From assembly GCA_019358935.1 (NCBI GenBank), contig JAHHIK010000059.1, forward strand, positions 1 to 51,921: a stretch of 51,921 bases of DNA. Reading direction: 5' to 3'. Positions 51,689 through 51,921 of this stretch are shown here, in pieces. How positions within the stretch are numbered: position 1 is the stretch's first letter; each line of letters begins with the position of its first letter. The position numbers and the translations under genes are program-made. Origin of the DNA: Tolypothrix carrinoi HA7290-LM1 (GTDB lineage: Bacteria > Cyanobacteriota > Cyanobacteriia > Cyanobacteriales > Nostocaceae). Below the pieces are notes generated by a model. It had not been told where the DNA came from, did not search any database, and saw only the letters and a list, made by a program, of their open reading frames with translations.

Positions 51689-51883
51689 TTACAGTGAATC
51701 CCCAGAGCGCTTATTCACCTCAGGCAGCAGTTGACCCAAATACCCGCCAACGCCGACTTTAGCCAAGTCCCCAAAAGTTGGGCGGAAGTTGTGATCTGCG
51801 ATCGCCAACACTAAAGCCCCAATTACCAAAATAATTACGACCACGGATCTAACGGTGAGACGTGACAGCATTTTAACCCTCAT
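51689..51883 (-). CDS. Small membrane hypothetical protein
   Basis: One strong hydrophobic helix then F.DLAKVGVGGYLG; start may be the second ATG. Confidence 0.5.
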   Translation of the reverse strand: MRVKMLSRLTVRSVVVIILVIGALVLAIADHNFRPTFGDLAKVGVGGYLGQLLPEVNKRSGDSL

Positions 51884-51921
51884 CGATGTGTGAAAAATGC
51901 TTTAGTTGCAGTTTGAGTTCT

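Overview
Chromosomal window from a filamentous, probably heterocystous (Nostocales-type) cyanobacterium, judged from abundant HIP1 octamers (GCGATCGC), 7-/9-mer tandem repeats and small dispersed repeats. The backbone carries glcD, a PAS-GAF-GAF histidine kinase with a DXCF-type GAF, tRNA-Lys(CTT), miaA, gyrB with a 435-aa HNH intein, a minus-strand sugar-catabolic run (xfp, gap1, pyk, tal, ackA), arsenosugar genes (arsM, broken PiT transporter, arsS), a ROK glucokinase, rtcA, a URC1-URC4-upp uracil-utilisation operon, a BMP nucleoside ABC transporter and a ureidoglycolate lyase-like gene. Small accessory islets interrupt this backbone. The most striking is a 3-kb transposase-less composite element (15181-18179): two ~180-bp MITEs with an outer TAA duplication, inserted into an Arg-rich small gene that can be rebuilt across the empty site. 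It carries an S8 subtilase, a convergent stand-alone propeptide-like (candidate inhibitor) gene, an IS630 tail and a 195-bp miniature Tn7/CAST-like element. Other islets include attC-like gene cassettes with no integrase, an islet bounded by a duplicated rtcA 3' end, a HIP1-direct-repeat-bounded block (VapBC + 21-bp array + conserved hypothetical gene) and several toxin-antitoxin pairs, some decayed. All family calls come from motif recognition by eye; no searches were run.
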